Below, one piece after another: positions 49,262 to 59,379 of a stretch of 64,000 nt of DNA. Origin of the DNA: Thermodesulfobacteriota bacterium (lineage in GTDB: Bacteria; Desulfobacterota; BSN033; UBA1163); contig JAPVTA010000102.1 of NCBI GenBank assembly GCA_047519465.1, positions 2,297-66,296 on the forward strand, written 5' to 3'. A program made the position numbers and the translations under genes. Below the pieces are notes generated by a model. The model made no database searches and was not told the DNA's origin. It saw only the letters and a list, made by a program, of their open reading frames with translations. Within the stretch, counting starts at the first letter, position 1. Each line of letters starts with the position of its first letter.

Positions 49262-50497
49262 TCAAAGATCCACGATCTTTTCAATCGTTCCCCGGTAGGC
49301 CCCTTCGATAATGGTACGTAGAACCTCTTCGCTTTTCTCAGCCGGTACGGGTCTGGGTGAAGCCTCAAGCTTCATCCTGTTATGAGAGGCATCCCGAACG
49401 GCCTTGTCAATCAGATCCTCCGAAAAATTCCTGAACTCCCTCAATGTTAGAGGGAAATTGACCTTTTTGTAAAATGCGAATAATCCTTGGACAAAATCCT
49501 CTGTCAAGTCCTTTGACTCCGGAATGGACATCAATTCCGCCACCTTCTTCATCTTCTCCGCGATATTCGGGGCGTAATAGGCCGAGTAATACGGCAACAT
49601 GACGGCAACAGCTTCTCCATGGTCCATGACGTTGGACCAACTGAACGAATTGAGGTGGGGCAGGCCAGCCTGTTTATAGAAGAGGACAGACCCACCGAGA
49701 GTGCTCGCGAGAGCCATCATCCGTCTGGCTTCTCTGTCCTGACTATCCTTCAAAACCCTGGGCAGACCCTCGAAAACAAGCTCCAATCCGATGAGCGCCC
49801 TTCGATTGGCTTCCGGGTCTGCCGTCTCGTCGACATTGTTGAAATACCCTTCCATGAGATGGGTCATCGCATCTAAGCCGGTCACTCTGGATACGTGCTT
49901 TTCGCAAGAATAAGTTAGCTCAGGGTCAACGATCGTCTCGGTAGGCACGATGGCAATGTCGAAGATCAACTTTTTCACGTGCAGCCATGTGTCAGTAATG
50001 ACCGAGAATTTGGTGAGTTCACTCCCTGTCCCGCCGGTAGTAGGTAGAGCAATGAGGTCGACGATTTTCTTCACCTTCTGGGAAACCATGCCCACTCCGA
50101 AATAGTCATCGATCTCGCCTTCCTTGATTGTTCCTAAAATGCCCGCTGCTTTGGCCGCATCGATGACGGACCCTCCGCCGATGGCAAGGATTGAACTAAA
50201 ATTTCCGGCCAAAAGATGATAAGCAATACGATAGACCGTCTCCTTGCTTGGATTGGGTTCTATCCCCTCGACTATCTTATAACTGACCAAGTTCTTTTCG
50301 AGAGATCGAAGAACACGATCCAATACTCCTGATTTCCTAATCGAGCCCTTTCCAATGACCAGAAGTGTTCTGTCCCCATATCTCTTGACAACCTCGCCGA
50401 CTCGAAGGACAGCTCCTTCGCCGAAGTGGATCCCGGTGGGTTTCCAGACCCTCAAGATCTCTTCGGCTCCTGCCATCACCCTTTCCATCTCCTTCAT
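49262..50497 (-). CDS. Iron-containing alcohol dehydrogenase (long form)
   Basis: Fe-ADH motifs (GGGSVIDAAK, His cluster); N-terminus of the tracked ORF runs into a repeat element, so the start is approximate. Confidence 0.75.
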   Translation of the reverse strand: MKEMERVMAGAEEILRVWKPTGIHFGEGAVLRVGEVVKRYGDRTLLVIGKGSIRKSGVLDRVLRSLEKNLVSYKIVEGIEPNPSKETVYRIAYHLLAGNFSSILAIGGGSVIDAAKAAGILGTIKEGEIDDYFGVGMVSQKVKKIVDLIALPTTGGTGSELTKFSVITDTWLHVKKLIFDIAIVPTETIVDPELTYSCEKHVSRVTGLDAMTHLMEGYFNNVDETADPEANRRALIGLELVFEGLPRVLKDSQDREARRMMALASTLGGSVLFYKQAGLPHLNSFSWSNVMDHGEAVAVMLPYYSAYYAPNIAEKMKKVAELMSIPESKDLTEDFVQGLFAFYKKVNFPLTLREFRNFSEDLIDKAVRDASHNRMKLEASPRPVPAEKSEEVLRTIIEGAYRGTIEKIVDL

Positions 50498-50520
50498 CTC
50501 AAGATTCTCTCTGCCCCGTC

Positions 50521-50656
50521 CCGCCTTGGCGGGATGCACGGGGTTAAGTCGATTAGACCCGACCACGGGGGGGCACAAGACAAAATGACGTTACATTGCC
50601 TGGAAGCCCCGGCCTGTGCCTGCCTGCCGGTAGCAGGGCCGGAGAGCTTCATTGAG
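50521..50656 (-). repeat. Composite intergenic repeat (family C/B hybrid), copy upstream of the Fe-ADH gene
   Basis: gtcgattagacccgaccacggggggcaca + ...gcctgcctgccggtagcagg... + cttcatt, shared with 55262-55430. Confidence 0.7.
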
Positions 50657-50663
50657 AAAAGAT

Positions 50664-52544
50664 TTATATATTTTCCGCGTACTCTTCCATTCCGAGCCGT
50701 TCGAGCAAGCCCGAGGTCGGATTGCCGTTTGCATCCCACTCCCGAACTTTGTAGTATTCAAGAATTGCCCGATCCAACCCGGTCGGGACCTTTCCTGCAG
50801 CTGGGCCTTCGTTCACGGGCTCCATGAATCGTTTAGGATACTTAAAGTCGTCCTCCTTCTTCCAGCCATAGCGGATGTTAAGAATTTTCTGGAGGGTGGT
50901 AATTCGTTCTCCGCATTTTCGTAAATCATCGGTGTTCCATCCCAGTCCACAGGTCGCATTCAGGGTTTTAGTAAGGTCAGTGAGGGTGTAGCCACTGAAC
51001 TCCTGAAACTTGCAGTGACCGGCCGAGTTGATGACGTTGCAATAATCGTGAAACTTTGCGTTGCGGTCCGGTGCGTTCTCCCAAGACCACCGCTCCTCAT
51101 TCTCAACCTCGCCAATTCCCCATTCAGGGAGCCGGACGTTGCAGACCCAGATGTGCTGGGAATTCCCGCGTTCGTGGTTCGGTCCGGAAGCCACCCCTGT
51201 ACAGTAATTCAAGGCTGAGATGTATTGGGCCCGCCAGTTGTGTGCCGCGATTTCCTGTCCTTTCATGGCAACCGCCCATGCCTCCGAACCTTTTCCTATT
51301 CGCTGGGCGGCATATTGACATCCTTCGCCCAAGAGATAGGCAAGTCCGCCTTCACGAAGACCAATTTTCTTCGTCAGCTCAACGACCGCCTCGTGATTAC
51401 CCCATTTAAGATCGAGCCCATAAGTGTCCTTTTTTGTGATGACACCTTTCTCATAGCATTCCATGGCCCATGCGATGACCACACCCAACGAAATGGTATC
51501 CATGGAATACTTGTCTGCAAGTTCACAGGCATAGGCGATCGCCTTGATATCGGCGCACATCGTGTTGAAGCCCATCATCGCGAAAGATTCGTACTCCGGT
51601 CCCTTCCCCTTTAACTGATAAGGTCCTTCTTTGACCTCGCAACGATTATGGCACTGGACAACGCAATATTTGCACGGCCAGGGTTTTGCGTTCAGTTCTC
51701 TAGCATAGTTGGAAGCATGCCACGCCTTCACCCCTTCAGGCCAATCCGCCAGTCGATAGTTGCTAATCGGCAAGTTCCCCTGAGGAGCGAACAATTCCGT
51801 TGCTGCCGCTGTCCCTACCCGTTTGGTCTGGAGCCATTCAGGTTTTTGGGAATCAATCAACGCAAGCCGCCGGTTGATCTCCTTGTTCAGCTTATTCAGC
51901 TCCGCTGAGTCAGAGTATTTCAACTTCTCGCTACCCCTTATAGCGACAGCTTTTAGGAGCTTTGATCCCATGATCGCGCCCATTCCGCTTCGACCGCAGT
52001 ACGACTTCTTTCGGGTCTGAATATTGGCAAACCGAACTCCCCGCTCTGCTGCTTGGCCGATGCTAAGCACTTCGAAGTCGTCCCCCTCGGTGGCGTGAAT
52101 TGCGTCCTCGGCCTCATAAGCATCCCTCCCCCAAAAACGGCCGGCACCCTTGAGCACCGCCCTGTCGTCATCGACGACGAGATAGACAGGTTTTTCGGCC
52201 CGACCCGTCACCACAATGGCATCATATCCCGCGGCCTTCATCTCGATGCCGAAGCTCGCCGTGGCCGCAGAACCGGCATTTAGGTAAATGGAAGGTGAAA
52301 TAGCGGTCGTTGCCCACTTGCCCGCTCCGGTCTGCGCAATCCCATTCAGAGTCCCCGCGGCAAAGGTCAAGCAATTCGCAGGATCGAAAGGCAGCGTACC
52401 TCGCGGGCTCTCCCTCCACATGAAATATGCGCCAAGCCCCTCTCCTCCCAAAAAATATTCGTAGATTTCATCTGGAATCGTTTCAGCTTTGCAGGTCCCC
52501 CTGCTCAAATCGACCCTCAAGACTTTGTTCCATACGCCTTTCAT
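50664..52544 (-). CDS. aor: Tungsten-type aldehyde:ferredoxin oxidoreductase (AOR family)
   Basis: AOR_N (MKGVWNKVLRVDLSRG...FLGGEGLG) plus AFOR C-domains; 626 aa. Confidence 0.85.
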   Translation of the reverse strand: MKGVWNKVLRVDLSRGTCKAETIPDEIYEYFLGGEGLGAYFMWRESPRGTLPFDPANCLTFAAGTLNGIAQTGAGKWATTAISPSIYLNAGSAATASFGIEMKAAGYDAIVVTGRAEKPVYLVVDDDRAVLKGAGRFWGRDAYEAEDAIHATEGDDFEVLSIGQAAERGVRFANIQTRKKSYCGRSGMGAIMGSKLLKAVAIRGSEKLKYSDSAELNKLNKEINRRLALIDSQKPEWLQTKRVGTAAATELFAPQGNLPISNYRLADWPEGVKAWHASNYARELNAKPWPCKYCVVQCHNRCEVKEGPYQLKGKGPEYESFAMMGFNTMCADIKAIAYACELADKYSMDTISLGVVIAWAMECYEKGVITKKDTYGLDLKWGNHEAVVELTKKIGLREGGLAYLLGEGCQYAAQRIGKGSEAWAVAMKGQEIAAHNWRAQYISALNYCTGVASGPNHERGNSQHIWVCNVRLPEWGIGEVENEERWSWENAPDRNAKFHDYCNVINSAGHCKFQEFSGYTLTDLTKTLNATCGLGWNTDDLRKCGERITTLQKILNIRYGWKKEDDFKYPKRFMEPVNEGPAAGKVPTGLDRAILEYYKVREWDANGNPTSGLLERLGMEEYAENI

Positions 52545-52654
52545 ATTTCTTTCCCCCTTTCACCTTTTATCGTCTTTCCCCGGTATTCAAATACCCGCAA
52601 ACCATTGAATGGGATCATCTCCTCTCCCAAACCACTCCCAGTAGCTTTTCTCGC

Positions 52655-53488
52655 TTAAATATCAATGGGTCTAAAAATCAGCACAATCGCCATCACAATA
52701 AAGACCATTGTCTCAGCACCTTGCGACCAGTACCTTGCCGTCAAAGACATGACCATCCCCAAACCAAAAGCGGAGAGAAACGTTCCATTGAGATTCCCCA
52801 TCCCCCCGACGATGACCACGGCGAAGCTCAGCAAGAGGACTGAGAGCCCCATGTAAGGGTGGACCGAACTGATGGGCGCATAGAGAACCCCTCCTAAGGC
52901 TGCAAGGGCGCTCCCTAACACAAAAACGATAGAAAAGTATTTGTCAACATTTATTCCAAGACATCTCACCCCATCTTTGTCCTCCAGGGCTGCCACGACG
53001 ATCTTTCCCACAATGGTCCTCTTAAAAAATATATTTAATGCAAGAAAAAGAAGGATAGCAATCATCACGATCAGGATCCGGTAAATTGGGAGGGAGAGGC
53101 CCCAGAACATCAGATATTTTCCGATAGGATCGCTGATGGGAAGGGGCCTGACACCCCATATCCATTTGATCGCATCGACCCCTATCAGTGCAACGGCGAA
53201 TGTGGCGATAAAGGTATAATCGAGAGATTCTCCGTAAAGCCTCCTGATAATAAATCGCTCAATGAGATAGCTTATCGGAATGACGGTGAGGATCGCCAGG
53301 ATTCCACCGAGGGGAAAATACAATTTCAGGAAATTGACGAGAGTGATCAATATGTAAACGCCTATGGTATAAGTTATGGTATGGGCAAAATTGATCACCC
53401 TCATCGTTCCAAAGGTTAACGAAAGGCCGATTGAAATAAAGTAAAGGATTGCCCCGATTGTCAGTCCATAGACAATGGTGTAGATCAC
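52655..53488 (-). CDS. ABC transporter permease (LivH-like)
   Basis: The tracked ORF starts at TTG. A GTG start 10 nt after aaaggagg gives a non-overlapping 277-aa product with the INFAH motif. Confidence 0.7.
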   Translation of the reverse strand: MIYTIVYGLTIGAILYFISIGLSLTFGTMRVINFAHTITYTIGVYILITLVNFLKLYFPLGGILAILTVIPISYLIERFIIRRLYGESLDYTFIATFAVALIGVDAIKWIWGVRPLPISDPIGKYLMFWGLSLPIYRILIVMIAILLFLALNIFFKRTIVGKIVVAALEDKDGVRCLGINVDKYFSIVFVLGSALAALGGVLYAPISSVHPYMGLSVLLLSFAVVIVGGMGNLNGTFLSAFGLGMVMSLTARYWSQGAETMVFIVMAIVLIFRPIDI

Positions 53489-53490
53489 GT

Positions 53491-54441
53491 CTAAATAGCC
53501 TCCTTTTTCATGGACCCCAGAACGTCTTTCCTTTTTCCCAAATATTCCCAACCCCTCTGAATATATCCCCAAACACCCGTGCGGAACCGAAAGACAATGA
53601 TCAGCAAAGAAAATCCCAGGAACATCTCCCAACGGTAAATGTAGATGGGTAAAAAATTGCTGATCACCATATAGATCACTCCACCCACAATCGCACCGTA
53701 GAGATGACCCGCTCCTCCGATCAGGCAGGCGAAGACAACTCCCACGTTACTGTGCACATCCATCGCATTGGGATTGACATAATTATAATTAAGAGCGGTT
53801 AACGCTCCGGCAAGGCCAGCTAAGGAACCAGCCAGGGCAAAAGTCAGCCACTTATACAGAAAGGTATTATATCCAAGAAACCTGACCCTCATCTCATCTT
53901 CCTTAATGGAACGGATCAGAATCCCATATGGAGAAGAGGTTAACTGCCTCAGAATGTAAAAAACTAACAACAGGCAAAAAAGGGTGAATCCGAACATGAT
54001 CGGACGGCTACCAAAATTGAGAAAACCCAATTTTGAGGCGGTGACCCCAAACCCATCTTCTCCCCTTGTAATGTTTCTAAGGGGCGAGAGAACGAGAAAA
54101 AATCCAATATGATTGAAAGCCAAATTGATCAAGGCGAAACAGGCGCCGGTCGTCCTGACAATGATGAGGCCGAGAAGCATTGCCAGCAATCCTGCAAAAA
54201 CGATACCTATAAGAATCGCTAGGAGAGGGTTTCCGCCAAGATATTTAATGAAAAGGCCACAAAAATAGGCGCCGGTACCCAGATAGAGCATTTGGCCAAA
54301 AGAAAGTCGGCCCATATACCCATAGAGCAAGTCAAAGGACATCGCAAAGATGCAGAAGATCATAAAATCCGTCACCCGGTGAACCGATAGGATAGGTGTG
54401 ATGATCAGAAAACCTGCCGCGATCGCCAGTAAATCAACCAT
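53491..54441 (-). CDS. ABC transporter permease (LivM-like)
   Basis: Polytopic membrane protein; start moved to the internal ATG to avoid overlap with the upstream ATPase gene (uncertain). Confidence 0.65.
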   Translation of the reverse strand: MVDLLAIAAGFLIITPILSVHRVTDFMIFCIFAMSFDLLYGYMGRLSFGQMLYLGTGAYFCGLFIKYLGGNPLLAILIGIVFAGLLAMLLGLIIVRTTGACFALINLAFNHIGFFLVLSPLRNITRGEDGFGVTASKLGFLNFGSRPIMFGFTLFCLLLVFYILRQLTSSPYGILIRSIKEDEMRVRFLGYNTFLYKWLTFALAGSLAGLAGALTALNYNYVNPNAMDVHSNVGVVFACLIGGAGHLYGAIVGGVIYMVISNFLPIYIYRWEMFLGFSLLIIVFRFRTGVWGYIQRGWEYLGKRKDVLGSMKKEAI

Positions 54442-54538
54442 TCGATATTCTTTGATCTGATATTTGTTTATATTGTTTGAGTTTGATTTAAACGTTCCCT
54501 CGGCTTTCAATTTGAACTCCTTAGGGGCACCGATATGC

Positions 54539-55228
54539 TTAGAGATACTCTTCAAATCCCCTGGTATCCGAGATCTCCGACCTTTCAGCAATCTGCCGGA
54601 CCACCTTGCCTTCTTTAAAGATATAGATCCGATCAGCCAAACGGTTGACCATGGCAAGGTTCTGCTCGACGATCACAGCAGAGACCCGGTCTTTTAGACC
54701 GCTGAGGATGTTTACGATCTCATCAATGACGATTGCAGCCAACCCCTGAGTAGGTTCATCAATTAAAAGGAGCTTCGGTTCCCCGACCAAAGCCCGGCCA
54801 ACTAAGAGGATCTGTCTTTGTCCGCCGCTTAATTGTGCGGCCTTTGTTTTTAAAAAGGCTTCCAATTTTGGATAGATGCTGGTCACCTTGCCCAACGCAA
54901 TATCCATGGGCTCGCCGCTCGCGAAAGCAGCAATCTCAATGTTCTCTTGAACGGTCAAATTCCCAAAAACTTTCTTTTCCTGAGCAACATACCTAAGCCC
55001 TCTTAAGTAGAGATCTTCGGGAGAAAGACCTGATATTGCTTGCCCTTGATAGGCGATGGATCCCTTTTGCGGCTTTAAAAGGCCGATGATAGTTTTCAAA
55101 AGGGTCGTCTTACCCGCTCCGTTTCGGCCGATCAAGAATGCCATCTGCCCCTTTTCGATATCGAGGGAGACACCATGCAATGCTTTTGCATGACCGTAGG
55201 CAACATCTAAATTTCTAATTTGAAGCAT
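54539..55228 (-). CDS. ABC transporter ATP-binding protein (LivF-like)
   Basis: Walker A GRNGAGKTT, signature LSGGQRQ, Walker B LLLIDEP. Confidence 0.8.
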   Translation of the reverse strand: MLQIRNLDVAYGHAKALHGVSLDIEKGQMAFLIGRNGAGKTTLLKTIIGLLKPQKGSIAYQGQAISGLSPEDLYLRGLRYVAQEKKVFGNLTVQENIEIAAFASGEPMDIALGKVTSIYPKLEAFLKTKAAQLSGGQRQILLVGRALVGEPKLLLIDEPTQGLAAIVIDEIVNILSGLKDRVSAVIVEQNLAMVNRLADRIYIFKEGKVVRQIAERSEISDTRGFEEYL

Positions 55229-55261
55229 ATCATCCTTTCGAAAACCTCATTGGCCGGCAAG

Positions 55262-55430
55262 TGCCCGCAAATCCCGCCTATTAGGCGGGGGCAAGTCGAT
55301 TAGACCCGACCACGGGGGGCACAATATAAATGAAATTTACTTGGCTCACATTCTGTTCGCCACTTCGTGTCCGGGAAGTCCCGCCGTGCCTGCCCCGTCC
55401 TAACGGGGTGGGCGGGGCTTCATTATGTGG
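55262..55430 (-). repeat. Composite intergenic repeat (family C), copy upstream of the livF-like gene
   Basis: gcctattaggcggg hairpin, gtcgattagacccgaccacggggggcaca, and the reverse complement of the 12732-12800 element. Confidence 0.75.
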
Positions 55431-56196
55431 TCGATTGATCCATCTCGCTTTTGCCCCAGTAGCATTCTCTCACTTTAGCGTCATAGAGCACATGGTCAGG
55501 ATCTCCTTCACAGATAAAATTGCCCTCATTCATGACGCAGAGGCGGTCCACAAGGTTTACGATCTTCGATACCTTGTGCTCAATGATGACCAACGTAAGG
55601 TTCTTTTTGATCTCTTGAAGGAGACCGAGAACCTCTGAAATCTCTCCATCACTGAGTCCGGACAGAGGTTCATCTAAGAGGAGAAGTTTTGGGTTAAGCG
55701 AGAGGGCAATTCCAATTTCAAGCATTCTTTTCGATCCATAAGGAAGCTCGGAGGTAATGGTGAAGGCTTTGTTTTGAAGTCCGACCAATTTCATCGCCTT
55801 CGCACAGTCTTCTAAGACATCTTCATTCTTTGCCGATGAGAAAAAGAACTTCCGTAGGGAGGTATACTTCTCCTTGAATCGAATGCTGGAGAGGACAAGA
55901 TTTTCCCAAACGGTCATTGAGTTAAATACAGAGACGAGCTGAAACGTCCGGACCATCCCTTTTATGACTCTTTGGTATGGAGGAATGTCAGTGATCTCAT
56001 CACCTAAGAAAGTGATGCGTCCCTCCGTGGGAGGGAAAAAACCTGATACCAGGTTAAAGAGGGTCGTCTTTCCCGATCCATTTGGCCCGATGATGCCAGT
56101 CGTCTCATTCTTCTTAATTATAAAATTCACCTTTTTGACGGCGATGAGGCCGCCAAAATGTTTACTGAGCCCCTCTGCTGAAAGAATTTCTGTCAT
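55423..56196 (-). CDS. ABC transporter ATP-binding protein (LivG-like)
   Basis: Walker A GPNGSGKTT, signature LSGLSDGE region, Walker B LLLLDEP; start set at the ATG (MTEIL). Confidence 0.8.
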   Translation of the reverse strand: MTEILSAEGLSKHFGGLIAVKKVNFIIKKNETTGIIGPNGSGKTTLFNLVSGFFPPTEGRITFLGDEITDIPPYQRVIKGMVRTFQLVSVFNSMTVWENLVLSSIRFKEKYTSLRKFFFSSAKNEDVLEDCAKAMKLVGLQNKAFTITSELPYGSKRMLEIGIALSLNPKLLLLDEPLSGLSDGEISEVLGLLQEIKKNLTLVIIEHKVSKIVNLVDRLCVMNEGNFICEGDPDHVLYDAKVRECYWGKSEMDQSTT

Positions 56197-56266
56197 TGAC
56201 CCTCTTTTCTGCTTTGGCTGAAGCAAAGAGGAGGAGGTTTAAAACCTCCTCCTCTTTGAATGTGTT

Positions 56267-57511
56267 TTACTTCCAGCCCATCTCCTTCAGGGGCAGGCAC
56301 AATTCTTCGCCCGTATAAACATCGACCACCTTGGCAAAATCCCATTTATCTTTTCTTTCCGCGGGCGATTTGCCGTCTACGATGAATTTGGCGTATTTGT
56401 ATGACGGCCTTCCGTCGATGCGCCATTTAGCCGGTCCCTTGACGCTCATGAAATCGGGTTTATCCATGATAGCCTTATAGACTTTGCTTGGCTCAAGAGA
56501 ATTCGCGAGTTCAACGCCCCTAAGGGTTTGTTGCATACCCAAATAGGCGAATACCGCAAACGGATCTGGGGGCTCACCATACTCTTTCTTCCAAGCCTCG
56601 GACAGGCTTGCCACAGCCTTGACTGTCTCCGGATCCTTGAGACCAGTGAGATCATGATACCACCACATCCCCATCGTAACCCCTTCGAGGGCCTCAGGTG
56701 GAATACCAACAGCCTGAGCGTTGATAATTGAGTTGAAGAAAACCTTTGTGTCTTTCTTTAACCCTAGCTCATGGACCTGTTTCAAGGCGTTGATGGTGTC
56801 CGCACCCCAGTGCCCCATCATCACGACATCGGGCTTTAGCTCTTTTATCTTGATGATGTATGAGGTGTAGTCGGGAGTCCCCACCGGAGACCAGACCTCG
56901 GTAATCTTGATATGAGAGTACTTCGTGCTGAAGATCTTATTAGCCCCTTTCGCCGCACCCCGGCCATAAGCATAATCGGGCAGAAAGAGAACGACGTGCT
57001 TTGGCTTATAGGTTTTACTTACATAGTCTGCACACATTCTTCCTATTCCATCGACAGCACCGAGTGGAGAGATGTAGTAGAGTGCCTTGGTATCCTTACG
57101 AAAAATACTTTCCTCAACACCATTGGTTGCCATAAATAACGCCTGGCCTCCTTTAATCTGCTCATTAATGGCTTGGCTCACATGAGCGAATGTTCCGCCA
57201 ACAACAAGTAAGACCTTATCTTCGTTCAATTCCCGGAACCTTCGGGCGCCCACATCCGGTTTGGTCTCATCATCACGGGTCACTGCCTCCACCTTGACTC
57301 TCTTTCCCTCCAGCATCACACCCCCTTGGTCGTTCACCTGTTTAATTGCTAATTTGACACCATCCAGTTGAACCTTTCCAACGGGAGAGCCTGCACCCGT
57401 CATGCTGTACATTACTCCAATCTTGACCTGTGCGAAAGAGGGGCTATTCGAAAAACAGAAAAAAAGGCCAACTACACCGACGATACAAAAGAACTTAACA
57501 TCCTTTTCCAT
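56267..57511 (-). CDS. ABC transporter periplasmic substrate-binding protein (Peripla_BP_6)
   Basis: Signal peptide followed by the periplasmic binding fold; first gene of the operon. Confidence 0.75.
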   Translation of the reverse strand: MEKDVKFFCIVGVVGLFFCFSNSPSFAQVKIGVMYSMTGAGSPVGKVQLDGVKLAIKQVNDQGGVMLEGKRVKVEAVTRDDETKPDVGARRFRELNEDKVLLVVGGTFAHVSQAINEQIKGGQALFMATNGVEESIFRKDTKALYYISPLGAVDGIGRMCADYVSKTYKPKHVVLFLPDYAYGRGAAKGANKIFSTKYSHIKITEVWSPVGTPDYTSYIIKIKELKPDVVMMGHWGADTINALKQVHELGLKKDTKVFFNSIINAQAVGIPPEALEGVTMGMWWYHDLTGLKDPETVKAVASLSEAWKKEYGEPPDPFAVFAYLGMQQTLRGVELANSLEPSKVYKAIMDKPDFMSVKGPAKWRIDGRPSYKYAKFIVDGKSPAERKDKWDFAKVVDVYTGEELCLPLKEMGWK

Positions 57512-57645
57512 TGGACTCCTCCTTTCTTTATTCAATCATCACAGCATGATGATTGAATGAATGAATTGAACCAATAACTTTTCTCCGTCACGCCTCCTTT
57601 CTTCTTAATCCCTCCTTCTAAACGACTTTCACCCCTGATTCATTA

Positions 57646-58080
57646 CTAACACTGTCTGATGCGGAAATAACCCTTTTCGTCCGTATAACGTTCCGTCTTG
57701 ACTCCTTCCAGAACTGTTAGACTGATTTCAGCTCGATAGGCTACTATACTTCCCGGTTCCAAATGTCCGATATAAACAGTTTTGCTGTCCCAATCATACA
57801 CACTGATGTGGGCATGAGCATCACCACCAATGACTGAGCCTTGAACACTTGCCAGTTCGATGGGGCCAGTGAAGTTCCAGTACTTTTCTCCCACTTGAAC
57901 GCTGGTAGTGGTAATGGTATGGAGATGCACTCGCTGCAAAGAACCGATCCCGCCCGTGATCGCAGCGGTATCGATCTGCTCCTTCTTCACCACCTCCTGT
58001 AATCCTTCAAGGAGAAAGTCATCCCTGTCAAACATTATCAGAATAGTCCTTGGGGTGGTTTTAGACACGAAATATTGCAT
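57646..58080 (-). CDS. PPC (DUF296) domain protein
   Basis: ITGGIGSL motif and beta-rich fold typical of the PCC/DUF296 domain. Confidence 0.5.
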   Translation of the reverse strand: MQYFVSKTTPRTILIMFDRDDFLLEGLQEVVKKEQIDTAAITGGIGSLQRVHLHTITTTSVQVGEKYWNFTGPIELASVQGSVIGGDAHAHISVYDWDSKTVYIGHLEPGSIVAYRAEISLTVLEGVKTERYTDEKGYFRIRQC

Positions 58081-58147
58081 TAGATTTCCTCCTTCCGTAT
58101 GAACCCATCTCGATCAGAACAATTCTTCCCAGAACACAGATATTCCA

Positions 58148-59332
58148 TCACCCTTCATCTTGATACTTGATCCTACCGCAGGAGATCACTGTCTTAACTC
58201 TTTTCAGTGCCCCAATATCATCCGCGGGATTCCCTTTTACCCCGATGATATCGGTGCATTTGCCTGGTTCAAGAGTTCCGATGCTCTCTTCAAGCCCACA
58301 AACCCGAGCAGCATGGCAAGTGGCCGCCATTAAGGCCTGGATCGGTGTTGCCCCAAAATCCACCAGATATTGAATTTCTTGGGCCAGGCCTCCGTGCATG
58401 CCATCGGTTCCAACAGCGAATTTCACGCCAGCCTTGATTGCAGCTTTCATCCGCTGGCCTACCTCATCTCGCTGCCGCAAATGACCATCGATGAGGCCCG
58501 TGGGGAGAGTCTGAACCCGAGCATCGGTAAAGAAGATACTCGGCGTCATCACCAGCCAGCTATCCGATTTTGCCAGTAAATCAATTTCTCTGTCAGTCAA
58601 GAAATAGCCATGCTCAATTGTATCGATGCCCGTTTCAAGAGCCCACTCCAGACCAACGCCGCCAATACAGTGAGTGGCCACGGGTATACCGACTCGGTGA
58701 GCTTCATCCACAGCAGTCTGAATCTCTTCTATAGAAAAATAGCTGGGAACCCCTCTGGGACCACGGAGGGTTCCAGTGATATAAATTTTGATCAGGTCCG
58801 CTCCGGCTGAAATGTTTTCCCTTACTGCGGTTCGAATCTGTTCAACACCGCCAAAGGGATACCCCACAAAACCATGGCCGTGGAAGGCACGGATGCCTCT
58901 GGTAGCTATGAGAAGGCGAGGCCCCTCGATGCGCCCTTCTGAAACTGCCTTTTTGCATTCCGCATCAAGAAAGCCCTTGTCACCCAAACAGCGTGAAGTG
59001 GTGACACCGGATCGAAGATCAATTTTCATGGTCTCGCATGCGCGCAAGGTCAAGGCGGGAACAGGATCAGCCATTCGATATAGATAATTTTCAAGTCTTG
59101 GGTCAAGAGAAAGGTGATTGTGGCAATCGATCAATCCAGGAAGAAGCGTCTGATCACCGCAGTCCAACGCATGGATATTCGCCTCTCCTTTGAACTCCTC
59201 TTCCCTTCCGACCCTGAGGATACGTTCACCTTCGACAAGAACGGCTCCTCTATCAATCGGTGGATTCCCCATGCCATCGATCACTAACCTTCCTTTAATG
59301 AGGATCCTCTTTCCCCTCTCCCCTGCTTCCAT
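58148..59332 (-). CDS. Metal-dependent amidohydrolase
   Basis: HxH metal motif (CHNHLSLD) and downstream His/Asp ligands of the amidohydrolase_1 fold. Confidence 0.75.
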   Translation of the reverse strand: MEAGERGKRILIKGRLVIDGMGNPPIDRGAVLVEGERILRVGREEEFKGEANIHALDCGDQTLLPGLIDCHNHLSLDPRLENYLYRMADPVPALTLRACETMKIDLRSGVTTSRCLGDKGFLDAECKKAVSEGRIEGPRLLIATRGIRAFHGHGFVGYPFGGVEQIRTAVRENISAGADLIKIYITGTLRGPRGVPSYFSIEEIQTAVDEAHRVGIPVATHCIGGVGLEWALETGIDTIEHGYFLTDREIDLLAKSDSWLVMTPSIFFTDARVQTLPTGLIDGHLRQRDEVGQRMKAAIKAGVKFAVGTDGMHGGLAQEIQYLVDFGATPIQALMAATCHAARVCGLEESIGTLEPGKCTDIIGVKGNPADDIGALKRVKTVISCGRIKYQDEG

Positions 59333-59379
59333 TCTCCTCCAACGCCTCCCTGAGGTCCTTGGGCTGCCCAAAGGTTTTG

